Counted from the first letter of the stretch, positions 17,030-26,408 are shown. The stretch is DNA of 64,000 nt from Pontixanthobacter sp. (GCA_041741895.1 JBGSJO010000042.1:1790-65789), one strand, 5' to 3'. Numbers and translations are program-made. Notes: generated by a model not told the origin, from the letters alone.

Positions 17030-17557
17030 ATGAAAACACTCGGTCTCCTGCGCCATGCCAAATCCGATTGGGACGATATGGCATCGCGCGATTTCGACCG
17101 CGGGCTGAATGATCGCGGGCGCAAGGGTGCTTCTTTGATCGGGACGCATATCACGCGCCACGGGTTGAAATTTGACCGGCTTCTGGCCAGTCCCGCCGAA
17201 CGCGTGCGCCAGACGCTGGCTGCAGCGCTTCCCGGCTTGGATCCGGAGTTCGACCAGCGCCTGTATTTGGCGGGCACCGATACGCTGTTGGAGGTGCTGC
17301 GCGAAAAAGGCGGCGATGCCGATGCCCTGCTGGTCGCCGGGCACAACCCCGGCCTGCAGGAATTGCTGTTCGCGCTGGTTCCGCCATCGGCGGAGGATTC
17401 GCTATTCGATAATGCCGCAAACAAATATCCGACCGGGACTTTCGCGGTTTTCAAGCTGGGTATCGATAACTGGGTTGATCTGGATGAAAATTGCGGAACA
17501 TTGGTCCATTTCATGCGTCCGCGCGACCTCGATCCCAGTCTGGGGCCGGAATACTGA
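17030..17557 (+). CDS. Histidine phosphatase family protein (SixA-like)
   Basis: MKTLGLLRHAKSDW (RHA catalytic motif), LASPAERVRQT, VAGHNPG. An alternative ATG at 17009 overlaps the helicase stop (ATGA). Confidence 0.8.
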   Translation: MKTLGLLRHAKSDWDDMASRDFDRGLNDRGRKGASLIGTHITRHGLKFDRLLASPAERVRQTLAAALPGLDPEFDQRLYLAGTDTLLEVLREKGGDADALLVAGHNPGLQELLFALVPPSAEDSLFDNAANKYPTGTFAVFKLGIDNWVDLDENCGTLVHFMRPRDLDPSLGPEY

Positions 17558-17636
17558 TCAGCCTGTCAAGTGACCGGTTCGGGTGAATGGCGCTCCGCCG
17601 ATCGACCCTGCTGGCCGGCGCTGCATTCCAATTCCA

Positions 17637-18089
17637 TCAACCCAAAACGAATCGCGGTCCCGGCCCGCTTTCTGCTGCCTCGTCCTGACTGTTGTACAAT
17701 TTGCAGCGCGACAGGCTGAGGCAACCGCAGCCAATGCAGCCATCTAGCTTGCTGCGCGTACGGGTCAGCTGGGCAATCTTGCGGTCGAGCTGGTCGCGGA
17801 TCGAGGCACTGATGGCGCGCCAATCCTTTGCCGTTGGCGTCCTGCCCTGCGGCAGCTTGGCCAGCTCGTCCTCGATTTCGGACAGGGCCAACCCCAATTG
17901 CTGGGCGATCAGAATAAAGCTCAGGCGCCTGATGTCAGAACGCAGGAAGCGGCGCTGGTTGCCGTTCGTCCGCATCGGCTGGACCAGCCCCTTGTTCTCG
18001 TAAAACCGGATCGCAGAAACCGACAGGCCGGTGCGCCGCGCGAGATCCCCGATGGGGAGAAAATCATTCTTGCTCAGCTTACGCGGCAT
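17637..18089 (-). CDS. soxR: Redox-sensitive MerR-family activator SoxR
   Basis: MerR HTH (IGDLARRTGLSVSAIRFYENKGL) plus the SoxR [2Fe-2S] motif CIGCGCLSLSRCKLYN. Confidence 0.9.
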   Translation of the reverse strand: MPRKLSKNDFLPIGDLARRTGLSVSAIRFYENKGLVQPMRTNGNQRRFLRSDIRRLSFILIAQQLGLALSEIEDELAKLPQGRTPTAKDWRAISASIRDQLDRKIAQLTRTRSKLDGCIGCGCLSLSRCKLYNSQDEAAESGPGPRFVLG

Positions 18090-18116
18090 GGCCCGGATCC
18101 CTCGAGAATAAATTGC

Positions 18117-18147
18117 TTGACCTCAACTTAGCTTGAGATTGCAGGAT
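18117..18147 (+). promoter_or_regulatory. SoxR-box promoter: TTGACC + CCTCAACTTAGCTTGAGA + 19-bp-spaced CAGGAT
   Basis: 18121..18138 matches the E. coli soxS operator CCTCAAGTTAACTTGAGG at 15/18 positions. The -35 TTGACC is fused to the box as in soxS. The 19-nt spacer is typical of MerR-type promoters. It points toward the VOC gene at 18239. Confidence 0.6.
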
Positions 18148-18238
18148 AGACAAATGCGATGATTCGTACCCGCCCGCGTATCTTTCCGGCTTGGCGGAAA
18201 AACGGGCATTGCCAGCTTAGCAAATTCAGGAGAAATCA

Positions 18239-18613
18239 ATGTCCATAGCCAAACTCGAACACGTCAATCTGACAGTCACCAACCCGGCCCGCACGGCCGC
18301 ATTGCTGACTGACCTGTGCGGCTGGCATATCCGGTGGGAGGGGCCATCCATGAACAATGGCCGCACCATCCATGTCGGCAGCGACACCGCCTATCTGGCG
18401 CTGTACACCAACGACCAGGTCACCGGCGGATTTGCCAAGGGCCAGCCGCTCAGCCATGTCGGGCTGCAGGTTGATGACCTGGCCGCCGCAGAAAAGACCG
18501 TTGTCGAAGCCGGCCTCGAGCCGTTCAGTCACGGGACCTACAACCCCGGCCCGGCGACCTTCTATTTTCTCGACTGGGACGGGATCGAATTCGAGGTGGT
18601 CAGCTATGAATGA
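18239..18613 (+). CDS. VOC (glyoxalase/bleomycin-resistance/dioxygenase) family protein
   Basis: 124 aa; LEHVNLTV ... HVGLQVDDL ... FYFLDWDGIEFEVVSYE. AGGAGA RBS. Divergent from soxR. Confidence 0.8.
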   Translation: MSIAKLEHVNLTVTNPARTAALLTDLCGWHIRWEGPSMNNGRTIHVGSDTAYLALYTNDQVTGGFAKGQPLSHVGLQVDDLAAAEKTVVEAGLEPFSHGTYNPGPATFYFLDWDGIEFEVVSYE

Positions 18614-18658
18614 ACCGATCCTGCGAGAACCGATGTTCGTCCGCAATGACCGATCATG

Positions 18659-19279
18659 TCAGACGAGTTTTGGCCCTCCGCCGCGCGACCAGAGCTCGTC
18701 GGTCCGGTCAATCGAAACCTCCCCGTCCCAAGCGCGGCACATGTCCAGTGCGGCATCAGGATCGCCTGCCAGCCAGACCGGATAATCATCCGCATGAAGC
18801 AGCACGGGCATCCTGCGGTGGACCTCTGCGGCGGGACCGGCGGCGTCTGTCATGACCATCGAATAGACGTCGCCCCACTCCTCGCTCGATCGCCAAATTC
18901 CTGCCGCTGCGAACAGTTCGGCGCCGGGAACCGTCAGCCATGTACGGGTCATCGCACCCTTGGGGCCCTGAGCTTCGGCCCAGCCGCTTAGCGGGATCAG
19001 GCAGCGCCGCGCCGCAAAACTCGACTTCCAGAAGAAGCTGGCGAGTTTGTCGGTCCGGGCATTGTTGACCGGTTTCGACTTCAACAGCTGCCCCTTGGCG
19101 CCCTTCGTCTGAAGCGGAAACCCCCAGATCATTTGCCGCAAATAGCCACTTTCCACCACCAGGCCGGGGTAACCCGGATAGACTTCCGATCCCAGATTGC
19201 TGCCTCCGGCGTCATTGACCGCATCAAACAATCCGGCGACTTCATCGACCGTCCGTGTCATCCGGTAGAGATTGCACAT
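18659..19279 (-). CDS. SOS response-associated peptidase (SRAP/YedK family, abasic-site processing)
   Basis: Starts MCNLYRM (catalytic Cys2), then NARTDKL and RRCLIPLSGWAE. Its ATG overlaps the ubiA stop (TGATG). Confidence 0.88.
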   Translation of the reverse strand: MCNLYRMTRTVDEVAGLFDAVNDAGGSNLGSEVYPGYPGLVVESGYLRQMIWGFPLQTKGAKGQLLKSKPVNNARTDKLASFFWKSSFAARRCLIPLSGWAEAQGPKGAMTRTWLTVPGAELFAAAGIWRSSEEWGDVYSMVMTDAAGPAAEVHRRMPVLLHADDYPVWLAGDPDAALDMCRAWDGEVSIDRTDELWSRGGGPKLV

Positions 19280-20181
19280 CAGGCATTCCCCACGACAAAA
19301 CAGGCCGCCGCCATCAGCGCACCGGCAAACCGGTTCGACCGGAACCGCGCAAGGGGGTTGTCCGGGTCGGTTTCGTCGAGGCTGGCCACTTGCCAGCCGA
19401 GGTGAAGCGCCATTGGCACCAGCGCAAGCAGCGCCAGCAGATCGTGGCGCAGCAGCCAGAAGCCGAGCGCCCATAACCCGGTGGCTGCGCCATAAAATAA
19501 CGCCACCCCTATCCTGACCCGCGCGCCCATTTTCAGCGCGCTGGACCGGATGCCAACCAGCGCGTCATCCTCCCGGTCCTGCAGGGCGTAGATCGTGTCA
19601 TAGCCGATCACCCACATCACGCTTCCGGCATAAATCGCGGCAAGTACGTCCCAATTATCGCTCCGCAGCGCTGTCCAGCCAACCAGCAGACCCCAGGTAA
19701 AAACCAGCCCCAGCCACGCCTGCGGCCACCATGTGATCCGTTTCATGAAAGGATATGCGGCCACCAGGGCCAGGCTGGCCAATGCGACCAATTGCGCCTG
19801 CCAGCGCAATTGCAGCAGCACGATCAGCCCAACCAGACTTAGCGCAGTCAGCCAGATCCAGGCTGCGCGGTTTGATATTCGCCTGCTCGCCACCGGGCGC
19901 GCGGCGGTGCGGGCGACCTTCCGATCCAGATCGGCATCGACAATGTCATTATACACACAGCCCGCCCCGCGCATCGCTATGCTGCCCAGCAGCATCCAGC
20001 CGAGCAATGCCAATTGCCAGCCGCCCCCCGCAAGCCAGACGCCCCAGGCGCAGGGCCAGAACAGCAACCACCAGCCGATCGGCCTGTCGAATCGTGCCAA
20101 TTGCGCCAGGTCCCTGGGCATTTGCGGCAGACGCGCAATCAAACCGCGATGCTGGCTGTCGGGGACGATTTCTTCGTTCAT
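19279..20181 (-). CDS. ubiA: 4-hydroxybenzoate polyprenyltransferase
   Basis: UbiA motif GCVYNDIVDADLDRKVARTAARPVASRRIS; polytopic membrane protein of about 300 aa. Confidence 0.9.
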   Translation of the reverse strand: MNEEIVPDSQHRGLIARLPQMPRDLAQLARFDRPIGWWLLFWPCAWGVWLAGGGWQLALLGWMLLGSIAMRGAGCVYNDIVDADLDRKVARTAARPVASRRISNRAAWIWLTALSLVGLIVLLQLRWQAQLVALASLALVAAYPFMKRITWWPQAWLGLVFTWGLLVGWTALRSDNWDVLAAIYAGSVMWVIGYDTIYALQDREDDALVGIRSSALKMGARVRIGVALFYGAATGLWALGFWLLRHDLLALLALVPMALHLGWQVASLDETDPDNPLARFRSNRFAGALMAAACFVVGNA

Positions 20182-20219
20182 GCTTGCGTCCTACCGAGTG
20201 CGGAGCCTAGTGGGAAGCC

Positions 20220-20978
20220 ATGCCTGCACCCCCTAGCCCGAGAACACCGGAATGGCCCCCGCGCAGCGCCCCGCGCTTGTTTGTCCCCGGCCCTTTGGCG
20301 GCGGGTTCGGCCGTCTTGCTGGACGGGAACCAGGCGCATTACCTCAGCCGCGTCATGCGGGCGAAGGGGGGTGATATCGTGATCCTGTGCGACAATGTAA
20401 CAGGTGAATGGGCGGCATCGGTCATCTCGGCAGGCAAACGGGAAATCGCGCTGGAGGTTTCACAATGCCTGCGCCCGCGCGAGGACGTGCCCGATTTCTG
20501 GCTGTGCGCCGCCTTGCTCAAGAAAGACCGCTTCGATCTGGTGCTGGAAAAGGCGACCGAACTTGGCGCCGTGAAAATCCAGCCGGTGATCACCCGGCGC
20601 TGCGTGGCGGATAAACTCAATCTCGACCGCGCGCGAACAATCGTGATCGAAGCTGCAGAACAATGCGCGCGCACCGCCCTGCCGGAAGTGGCCGAGCCGG
20701 TAAAGCTGGAGGCGCTGCTCGCCAGTTGGCCCGCCGCGCGCACGATGTTCTTCGCTGATGAAACCGGTGGGGAGCCCGCTGCCACGGCATTTTCGGCTGC
20801 GGGAACCCCGGCGGCGATGATAATCGGGCCGGAAGGCGGCTTCGACCCATCTGAGAGAATTATTTTGCGGGGACACCGTCAGGTGAAACCAATCACCCTC
20901 GGCCCGCGAATACTCCGGGGAGAAACCGCGGCAATCGCGGCAACAGCATTATGGATGGGGACCACGGGTGACTGGTGA
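20220..20978 (+). CDS. rsmE: 16S rRNA (uracil1498-N3)-methyltransferase
   Basis: PRLFVPGPL...GNQAHYLSRVMRAKGGD N-terminal PUA-like region and C-terminal IIGPEGGF...LGPRILRGETAAIAA SPOUT knot. Confidence 0.88.
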   Translation: MPAPPSPRTPEWPPRSAPRLFVPGPLAAGSAVLLDGNQAHYLSRVMRAKGGDIVILCDNVTGEWAASVISAGKREIALEVSQCLRPREDVPDFWLCAALLKKDRFDLVLEKATELGAVKIQPVITRRCVADKLNLDRARTIVIEAAEQCARTALPEVAEPVKLEALLASWPAARTMFFADETGGEPAATAFSAAGTPAAMIIGPEGGFDPSERIILRGHRQVKPITLGPRILRGETAAIAATALWMGTTGDW

Positions 20979-21047
20979 AATACGGCAGGCATGCCTGCGG
21001 ATTAATAATACTGGCGCCGATGCATCCAGTTGCCTAACGAAACCGGC

Positions 21048-22433
21048 ATGAGCACACGCACCGCAGAAGGGCCGGAAGACCCGATCATCGAAAGTCGCGA
21101 CCAATTGGTTGCCCCCATGCAAAATGGCGAAAAGCCGGCCAGTTCATGGCGTATCGGCACCGAACATGAAAAGCTGGTCTATTGCCGCAAGGATTTCCAC
21201 GCGCCATCCTATGACGAGCGTTGCGGCATCCGCGACATGCTGATGGCGCTGCGTGAATTCGGGTGGGAACCGATCGAGGAATGCGGCCCCGACGGAAAAA
21301 TGCGGGTGATCGCCATGAGCGGCGTTGATGGCGCGGTCAGCCTGGAACCGGCCGGGCAGCTCGAATTATCCGGTGCCCCGCTGGAAAATCTGCACCAGAC
21401 CTGCGCCGAAACCGGGCGGCATCTGGAACAGGTAAAAGCCATTGGCGAACGCTGCGGCGTTGGATTCCTCGGCCTCGGCATGTGGCCGGACAAGACCCGC
21501 GAAGAACTGCCGATCATGCCCAAGGGGCGTTACGAGATCATGCTGCGGCACATGCCGCGCGTCGGCAATCTCGGCCTGGACATGATGCTGCGGACCTGCA
21601 CCATCCAGGTCAATCTCGATTATTCGTCCGAAGCGGACATGGCGAAGAAATTCCGCACCAGCCTGGCGCTGCAACCACTGGCGACCGCGCTGTTTGCCAA
21701 TTCACCGTTCACCGAAGGCAAGCCCAACGGTTTCCTCAGCTACCGCAGCCATATCTGGTCCGACACCGATCCGCACCGCACGGGCATGTTACCCTTCGTG
21801 TTCGACGATGATTTCGGTTATGAACGCTATGTCGATTACATGCTCGACGTGCCGATGTATTTCGTGTTTCGGGACGGCAAATATATTGATGCGGCCGGCC
21901 TCAGCTTCCGCGATTTTCTCAACGGCGAATTGTCGGTGTTGCCGGGGGAAAAACCGCGGGAGAGTGACTGGTGGGATCATCTATCCACCGCTTTTCCCGA
22001 AGTGCGCCTGAAAAGCTTCCTTGAAATGCGCGGCGCCGATGGCGGGCCATGGTCGCGGATTTGCGCCCTGCCCGCGTTCTGGGTCGGGTTAATGTATGAT
22101 CAGAGCGCGCTGGATGCGGCCTGGGATCTGGTCAAGGACTGGACGATGGAAGAGCGCGAGAATCTGCGCAATGTGGTTCCGAAACTCGCCCTGGACGCGC
22201 CGATACCGGGCGGCGGAACCTTGCGCGACCTGGGCAGGGAAGCACTCAGGATTTCGCGCGCCGGCCTGTCTGCCCGCGCCCGACTCAACTCCAGCGGCGA
22301 TAACGAAACCGGCTTTCTCGATACGCTGGACGAGATCGTCGCCAGCGGCAAAGTGCCGGCGCAGCGCCTGCTGGATCACTACCATGGTGAATGGGGCGGC
22401 GATATCAGCCACGTTTACAAATATAGTTTTTGA
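21048..22433 (+). CDS. gshA: Glutamate--cysteine ligase (plant/alphaproteobacterial type)
   Basis: RIGTEHEK, CTIQVNLDYSSE and FLEMRGADGGPW blocks. The ORF start at 21030 is TTG; ATG at 21048. Confidence 0.9.
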   Translation: MSTRTAEGPEDPIIESRDQLVAPMQNGEKPASSWRIGTEHEKLVYCRKDFHAPSYDERCGIRDMLMALREFGWEPIEECGPDGKMRVIAMSGVDGAVSLEPAGQLELSGAPLENLHQTCAETGRHLEQVKAIGERCGVGFLGLGMWPDKTREELPIMPKGRYEIMLRHMPRVGNLGLDMMLRTCTIQVNLDYSSEADMAKKFRTSLALQPLATALFANSPFTEGKPNGFLSYRSHIWSDTDPHRTGMLPFVFDDDFGYERYVDYMLDVPMYFVFRDGKYIDAAGLSFRDFLNGELSVLPGEKPRESDWWDHLSTAFPEVRLKSFLEMRGADGGPWSRICALPAFWVGLMYDQSALDAAWDLVKDWTMEERENLRNVVPKLALDAPIPGGGTLRDLGREALRISRAGLSARARLNSSGDNETGFLDTLDEIVASGKVPAQRLLDHYHGEWGGDISHVYKYSF

Positions 22434-22449
22434 CTTGAGGAATGACGCG

Positions 22450-22752
22450 ATGATTCTGGTAATTGGTACTGTCAAATTTGCCGCAGGCGGAATCGCCAGC
22501 CTGGCCGATGCGGCGCGCACGATGATTGCGAAGACGTTGCAGGAAGACGGCTGCATCCGCTATACTTTTGCGCAGGACTTGACCGATCCTGACGTAATGG
22601 TCATTTCCGAAGCATGGCGCGACAAGCCCGCGCTATTGGCCCACGCGGCAACGGCGCATATGGCCGAATGGCGCACTGCCTGCGGCGAAATCGGTGTGGT
22701 CGATCGCAGCCTCAGGCTGCATGAAACGGACGAGGGCCAGCCGCTCGGCTGA
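22450..22752 (+). CDS. Antibiotic-biosynthesis-monooxygenase (ABM) domain protein
   Basis: 100 aa: MILVIGTVKF...EDGCIRYTFAQD...VMVISEAWRDKPALLAHAATAHM, typical of ABM ferredoxin-like proteins. Lies 17 nt after gshA. Confidence 0.75.
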   Translation: MILVIGTVKFAAGGIASLADAARTMIAKTLQEDGCIRYTFAQDLTDPDVMVISEAWRDKPALLAHAATAHMAEWRTACGEIGVVDRSLRLHETDEGQPLG

Positions 22753-24135
22753 TCATTCGGCAGGTTGAACCACCGCTGGAATGCGCGGCTGCAGACGCGC
22801 TGCAAGGGCCGCAAGAGGGCGCGTGATCAGCCCATTGCGTTCCATCCAGCGGTGATATTCGCGGTATTTGGCGTCTTCCTGCAGCAAATGCGCCTCCTCA
22901 GTCTTCGCGCGCCAGTAATAGATCGCACTGACGCATCCGAGGAAAAACGTATTGCGGATCATGTCCACCGCCGATCCGCTGCTGACCAGAAACGGCAGCA
23001 CCGACAGCCACCAGAACAAATTCTTCGAGACATAGGCAGGATGGCGGGTGAAGCGGTAAGGACCATGGGTCAGAACCCCGCGATACGTCAGGTTTGAAAA
23101 ACGGATGCCAAATGCCAGCGTCGCCCAGGCGTAGACTGCGGTCAGGAACACCAGCGCCCCGCCCCACAACCACATCAGCGGCGCATTACCGGCGAACCAG
23201 TAGGTCCAGCCCGGCGTGTTTATCTCATAAGCGAATATCCCGCCGCCGCCCATGAAAGCGAACACAAACGGCGGATAGCAAATCAGCGCAGCCAGCCAGC
23301 CGGCAAGCAACGGATTGCCACTGCGGATCTGCGCGTCGAGCGGGCGCATGGTAACCAGATAGCCGACGGTGCCGATCTGCACGTCCGCCACAAACATCAG
23401 CGCAATCAGGAAAAATGCCAACCGTGCGGGATTGCCCATGATTCCGGTGAAATCGGCATTGACCACTTCGGCAAAACCGCCGGGAAGGATTGAGATCATG
23501 AACGCGCCGAAAAACGCCTTGATGAGCCATGCCCGCCAGTGTTTCTTGACCTCATCGGTCTCCCACCCCTGCCGCCCGATCAGCATCGCGCCGAAATGCC
23601 AGGCATGGTCGCGCGGTTCCACCAGCACCCGGTCTATCCACAAGACATACGGGACAGACAGCAGAAACAGCGGAATTGCCGCGACCGCGATCACATCCAT
23701 CGCAAACAGATATTGCCCCTGCCAATACCACCGCGCCACGCAATAGAGGAACCCGATGATCGCCCAGCTTGCCCATAATCCGGCGAGCTTGACGATGGAT
23801 ATTTCGATTACAGAGGACACCGGGCGCGGCCGTTTCCAGTCGATCCCGGTCGATGGGCGGCGGTGAACCTTGTCTACAATCAGCGACCATGCCACCATTG
23901 GTCCGGCGCTGAACAGCAAGGCAGCCAGCGCGGCATAGGGCCCGTCCAGCCGGGCGCGCGGCCCGGGCAGGTCGAGAAATTCCGAAAATTCGGCAAAATT
24001 CCGGCAAAACAGCACCCACGCAAGCAGGCCCAATGCACCGGCAAGGCCGACTGCTGCCGAAACATCGCTTTCGGGCGAAGCGGCAGGTGCCGGATGTTCG
24101 CCGCAGCGACCTGTCAAGGAAGGCGAATTGTTCAC
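22753..24135 (-). CDS. Polytopic membrane protein with C-terminal isoprenylcysteine carboxyl methyltransferase (ICMT/PEMT)-like domain
   Basis: 460 aa with many TM helices. The C-terminal THGPYRFTRHPAYVSKNLFWW resembles the ICMT-family motif. GTG start. Confidence 0.65.
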   Translation of the reverse strand: MNNSPSLTGRCGEHPAPAASPESDVSAAVGLAGALGLLAWVLFCRNFAEFSEFLDLPGPRARLDGPYAALAALLFSAGPMVAWSLIVDKVHRRPSTGIDWKRPRPVSSVIEISIVKLAGLWASWAIIGFLYCVARWYWQGQYLFAMDVIAVAAIPLFLLSVPYVLWIDRVLVEPRDHAWHFGAMLIGRQGWETDEVKKHWRAWLIKAFFGAFMISILPGGFAEVVNADFTGIMGNPARLAFFLIALMFVADVQIGTVGYLVTMRPLDAQIRSGNPLLAGWLAALICYPPFVFAFMGGGGIFAYEINTPGWTYWFAGNAPLMWLWGGALVFLTAVYAWATLAFGIRFSNLTYRGVLTHGPYRFTRHPAYVSKNLFWWLSVLPFLVSSGSAVDMIRNTFFLGCVSAIYYWRAKTEEAHLLQEDAKYREYHRWMERNGLITRPLAALAARLQPRIPAVVQPAE

Positions 24136-24195
24136 GCACGCCCGGCTAGCGGAAAAGAGTTAAGACCCGGGTAAGATCGTTGGCATTTCCGGCGA

Positions 24196-25545
24196 TTACC
24201 GGAAAGCGTGAATGACCCCGTCATCATCGAGGATATACAGGGTGCTGTTGGCCACGATCGGAGCGACCGAAACCGGCGCCTTCAAATCGCGATAGAGCGA
24301 TGCCGAACCTTCCGCGACGCTGATGCGGTAAATTTCACCTTCGGTACTGGCCGCCCACAGATTATTGCCTGCCAGAACCGGGCCGGTCCAGAAAATCGGA
24401 TCGGTCTTTTTCTTCGGCTTGCGGAATTCAGACAGCTGCGAAATCCACCGGACTTTTCCGGTTGCGCGCGCGATGGCCAGCAAACGTGCATCGTCAGTAA
24501 GGGTGAAAATCCATTCACCGGCAATTGCCGGGGTGGAAATGCCCGCAAGATTGAGTTCCCATATGCGTTGGCCGGTTACCAGTTCATAAGCGGCCATGCG
24601 CCCGCCCTGGCCCAGCGCATAGACGCGGCCCTGATCGATAATAGGATCGGCATCGATATCGGTCAGCGCGCCAACCTCGGTCGAAATCGATGTGCGCGAC
24701 AGGGCATCGGTCCATAGCGAACGGCCATTCTCATATCGATAGGCGGACAATTCACCCGAACTGTACCCGGCAATGACCGTGCCCTGCCCTGCGGCGGGCG
24801 AGGCAACGCCGAACACCCCGGCTTGCGCGCTCGAACCCGATTCCTGCCACAGGTTAGAACCATCTGCGCTCGCCAGGGAAATGATCTGGTTGTCCTGCGT
24901 CATCACGAAAACCGTGTTGAACGCCACCGTTGGCGATCCGCGCAGCGGGCCAGCTGGCTTTACCTTCCAGATTTCCGCGCCGGTCTGGGCGTCGAGCGCG
25001 GCGACTTCGCCAATCCCATTGGTCGCGTATACCCGGCCGCCATCGTAACTTGCCCCGCCGCCGAATGCAGAGTTCTGCAATTTATCATCGACTTTCATCT
25101 GATAGGTCCAGCGGCGCGCGCCGGTGGCCGCGTCAAATGCGTTGACCGCACCGTCCGTGCCCACCGCGACCAAGATGCCGCCGCCAACCACCGGTGACGC
25201 GGCAAGGCGGCGGCGATTGGTTGAACCGGCAATATTTGCCGTCCACACCTGGCTGGGGTTTTCCGCCAATGCGACATGACCGTTGGACTTTGCCGCATTA
25301 CCGCCGCCCTGTGACCAATCGGTATTCACAATTGCCGGCGGCAGGACAACAGCGACACCGGCCAACGCCGGATCGACAATTGCCCCGCTTTCGATTCGCG
25401 ATAGAACCGGTATCCGGTCCCCCACGGTCGGGGTCGATTTCTTGTCACCGCCGCCAAACAGGCCGCCGCCGCATGCAGACAATACTGTGGCCAGCGATAC
25501 GACCAGCGCCGCGCGGGTGATTCGGGTGAAGTGATTGCCGGTCAT
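24196..25545 (-). CDS. bamB: Outer membrane protein assembly factor BamB (PQQ-like beta-propeller lipoprotein)
   Basis: Lipobox LSAC-G; repeated propeller blades (...YALGQGGRMAAYELVTGQRIW...). Downstream of the yfgM-like gene, as in other proteobacteria. Confidence 0.85.
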   Translation of the reverse strand: MTGNHFTRITRAALVVSLATVLSACGGGLFGGGDKKSTPTVGDRIPVLSRIESGAIVDPALAGVAVVLPPAIVNTDWSQGGGNAAKSNGHVALAENPSQVWTANIAGSTNRRRLAASPVVGGGILVAVGTDGAVNAFDAATGARRWTYQMKVDDKLQNSAFGGGASYDGGRVYATNGIGEVAALDAQTGAEIWKVKPAGPLRGSPTVAFNTVFVMTQDNQIISLASADGSNLWQESGSSAQAGVFGVASPAAGQGTVIAGYSSGELSAYRYENGRSLWTDALSRTSISTEVGALTDIDADPIIDQGRVYALGQGGRMAAYELVTGQRIWELNLAGISTPAIAGEWIFTLTDDARLLAIARATGKVRWISQLSEFRKPKKKTDPIFWTGPVLAGNNLWAASTEGEIYRISVAEGSASLYRDLKAPVSVAPIVANSTLYILDDDGVIHAFR

Positions 25546-25607
25546 CGGGTCAAATATCCTCAGATTTCATGCGCTTCAAATTCGCGTCGAGCGCGATGGA
25601 TTTCGCC

Positions 25608-26408
25608 CTATTGTGCGCCGGGGAGTGCGGCATCTTGCGGACTCCCAAGTTCCTCCAGCACCTTGTCCACGTCCTCGATCGCGTCGACCCCGTATAATCC
25701 AGCCATCTGGCGGGATCGTGAACGCAGGCCGTCGGGGACACTTTCATCCTTGGCGATGGAGGCGAACATTGCGCCCGCTTCCTTGGTCTTGTTCTGATCG
25801 AGATATGCCATCGCGACCAATTCACCAGCACTGCCGAAGAACGGCTTGCCCGGAACCGCCAGCAGTTTCAGCTGCGCGATAACATCGGCGGGCTTCATTG
25901 TGTCATATGTCGTTGCGACTCGGCGAATGGTTGCGATATCACGCATTGCCTGAGGCGCATTTTCATCGGCGGCAACCGCTGCGAACAATTCGCCCGCTTC
26001 CTTCGCATCGCCCTGTTCCAGTGCAATCCCTGCCTTCAACATGCGGGCTGCGGTCTGCGCGCCCGGATTGCCATCGGCGATCAACGGTTCAAGCGCGGCA
26101 GATCCGGCGCCCAGATTGCCGGCTTCGATCTGATCAAGTGCAGCCACCAGAGCTTCCGAATCGCGCTCCTTTGCGGCTTCTTGCTGACCGTCCCAGAACA
26201 GATAGCCGGCGAACCCGGCGAGGCCGAGCACAATCGCAGCGATCAGCGGTTTGCCGTAATTGGTCGCAAAACTGCTCAGCTGGTCCTGCCGAACTGCCTC
26301 ATCTACCTCACGCAGCAGCACTTCTTCAGCCGCAGCTTCCTGCCTGGCTCTCTTGTCCTCTGGCGTTTCGAGTGGGTTCTTGCTGCTATTTTTTGGTATC
26401 AGGGCCAA
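25608..26408 (-). CDS. YfgM-like TPR membrane protein (ancillary SecYEG subunit family)
   Basis: N-terminal charged region, a single TM (IAAIVLGLAGFAGYLFW), then TPR-like periplasmic repeats. TTG start, with an in-frame TGA two codons upstream. Confidence 0.7.
   Translation of the reverse strand: MALIPKNSSKNPLETPEDKRARQEAAAEEVLLREVDEAVRQDQLSSFATNYGKPLIAAIVLGLAGFAGYLFWDGQQEAAKERDSEALVAALDQIEAGNLGAGSAALEPLIADGNPGAQTAARMLKAGIALEQGDAKEAGELFAAVAADENAPQAMRDIATIRRVATTYDTMKPADVIAQLKLLAVPGKPFFGSAGELVAMAYLDQNKTKEAGAMFASIAKDESVPDGLRSRSRQMAGLYGVDAIEDVDKVLEELGSPQDAALPGAQ

Noticed and set aside
20984-20997. Perfect palindrome GCAGGCATGCCTGC between rsmE and gshA.
   Set aside because: The simplest reading is a small hairpin just after the rsmE stop. 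There is no second copy in the window and no link to a regulator.
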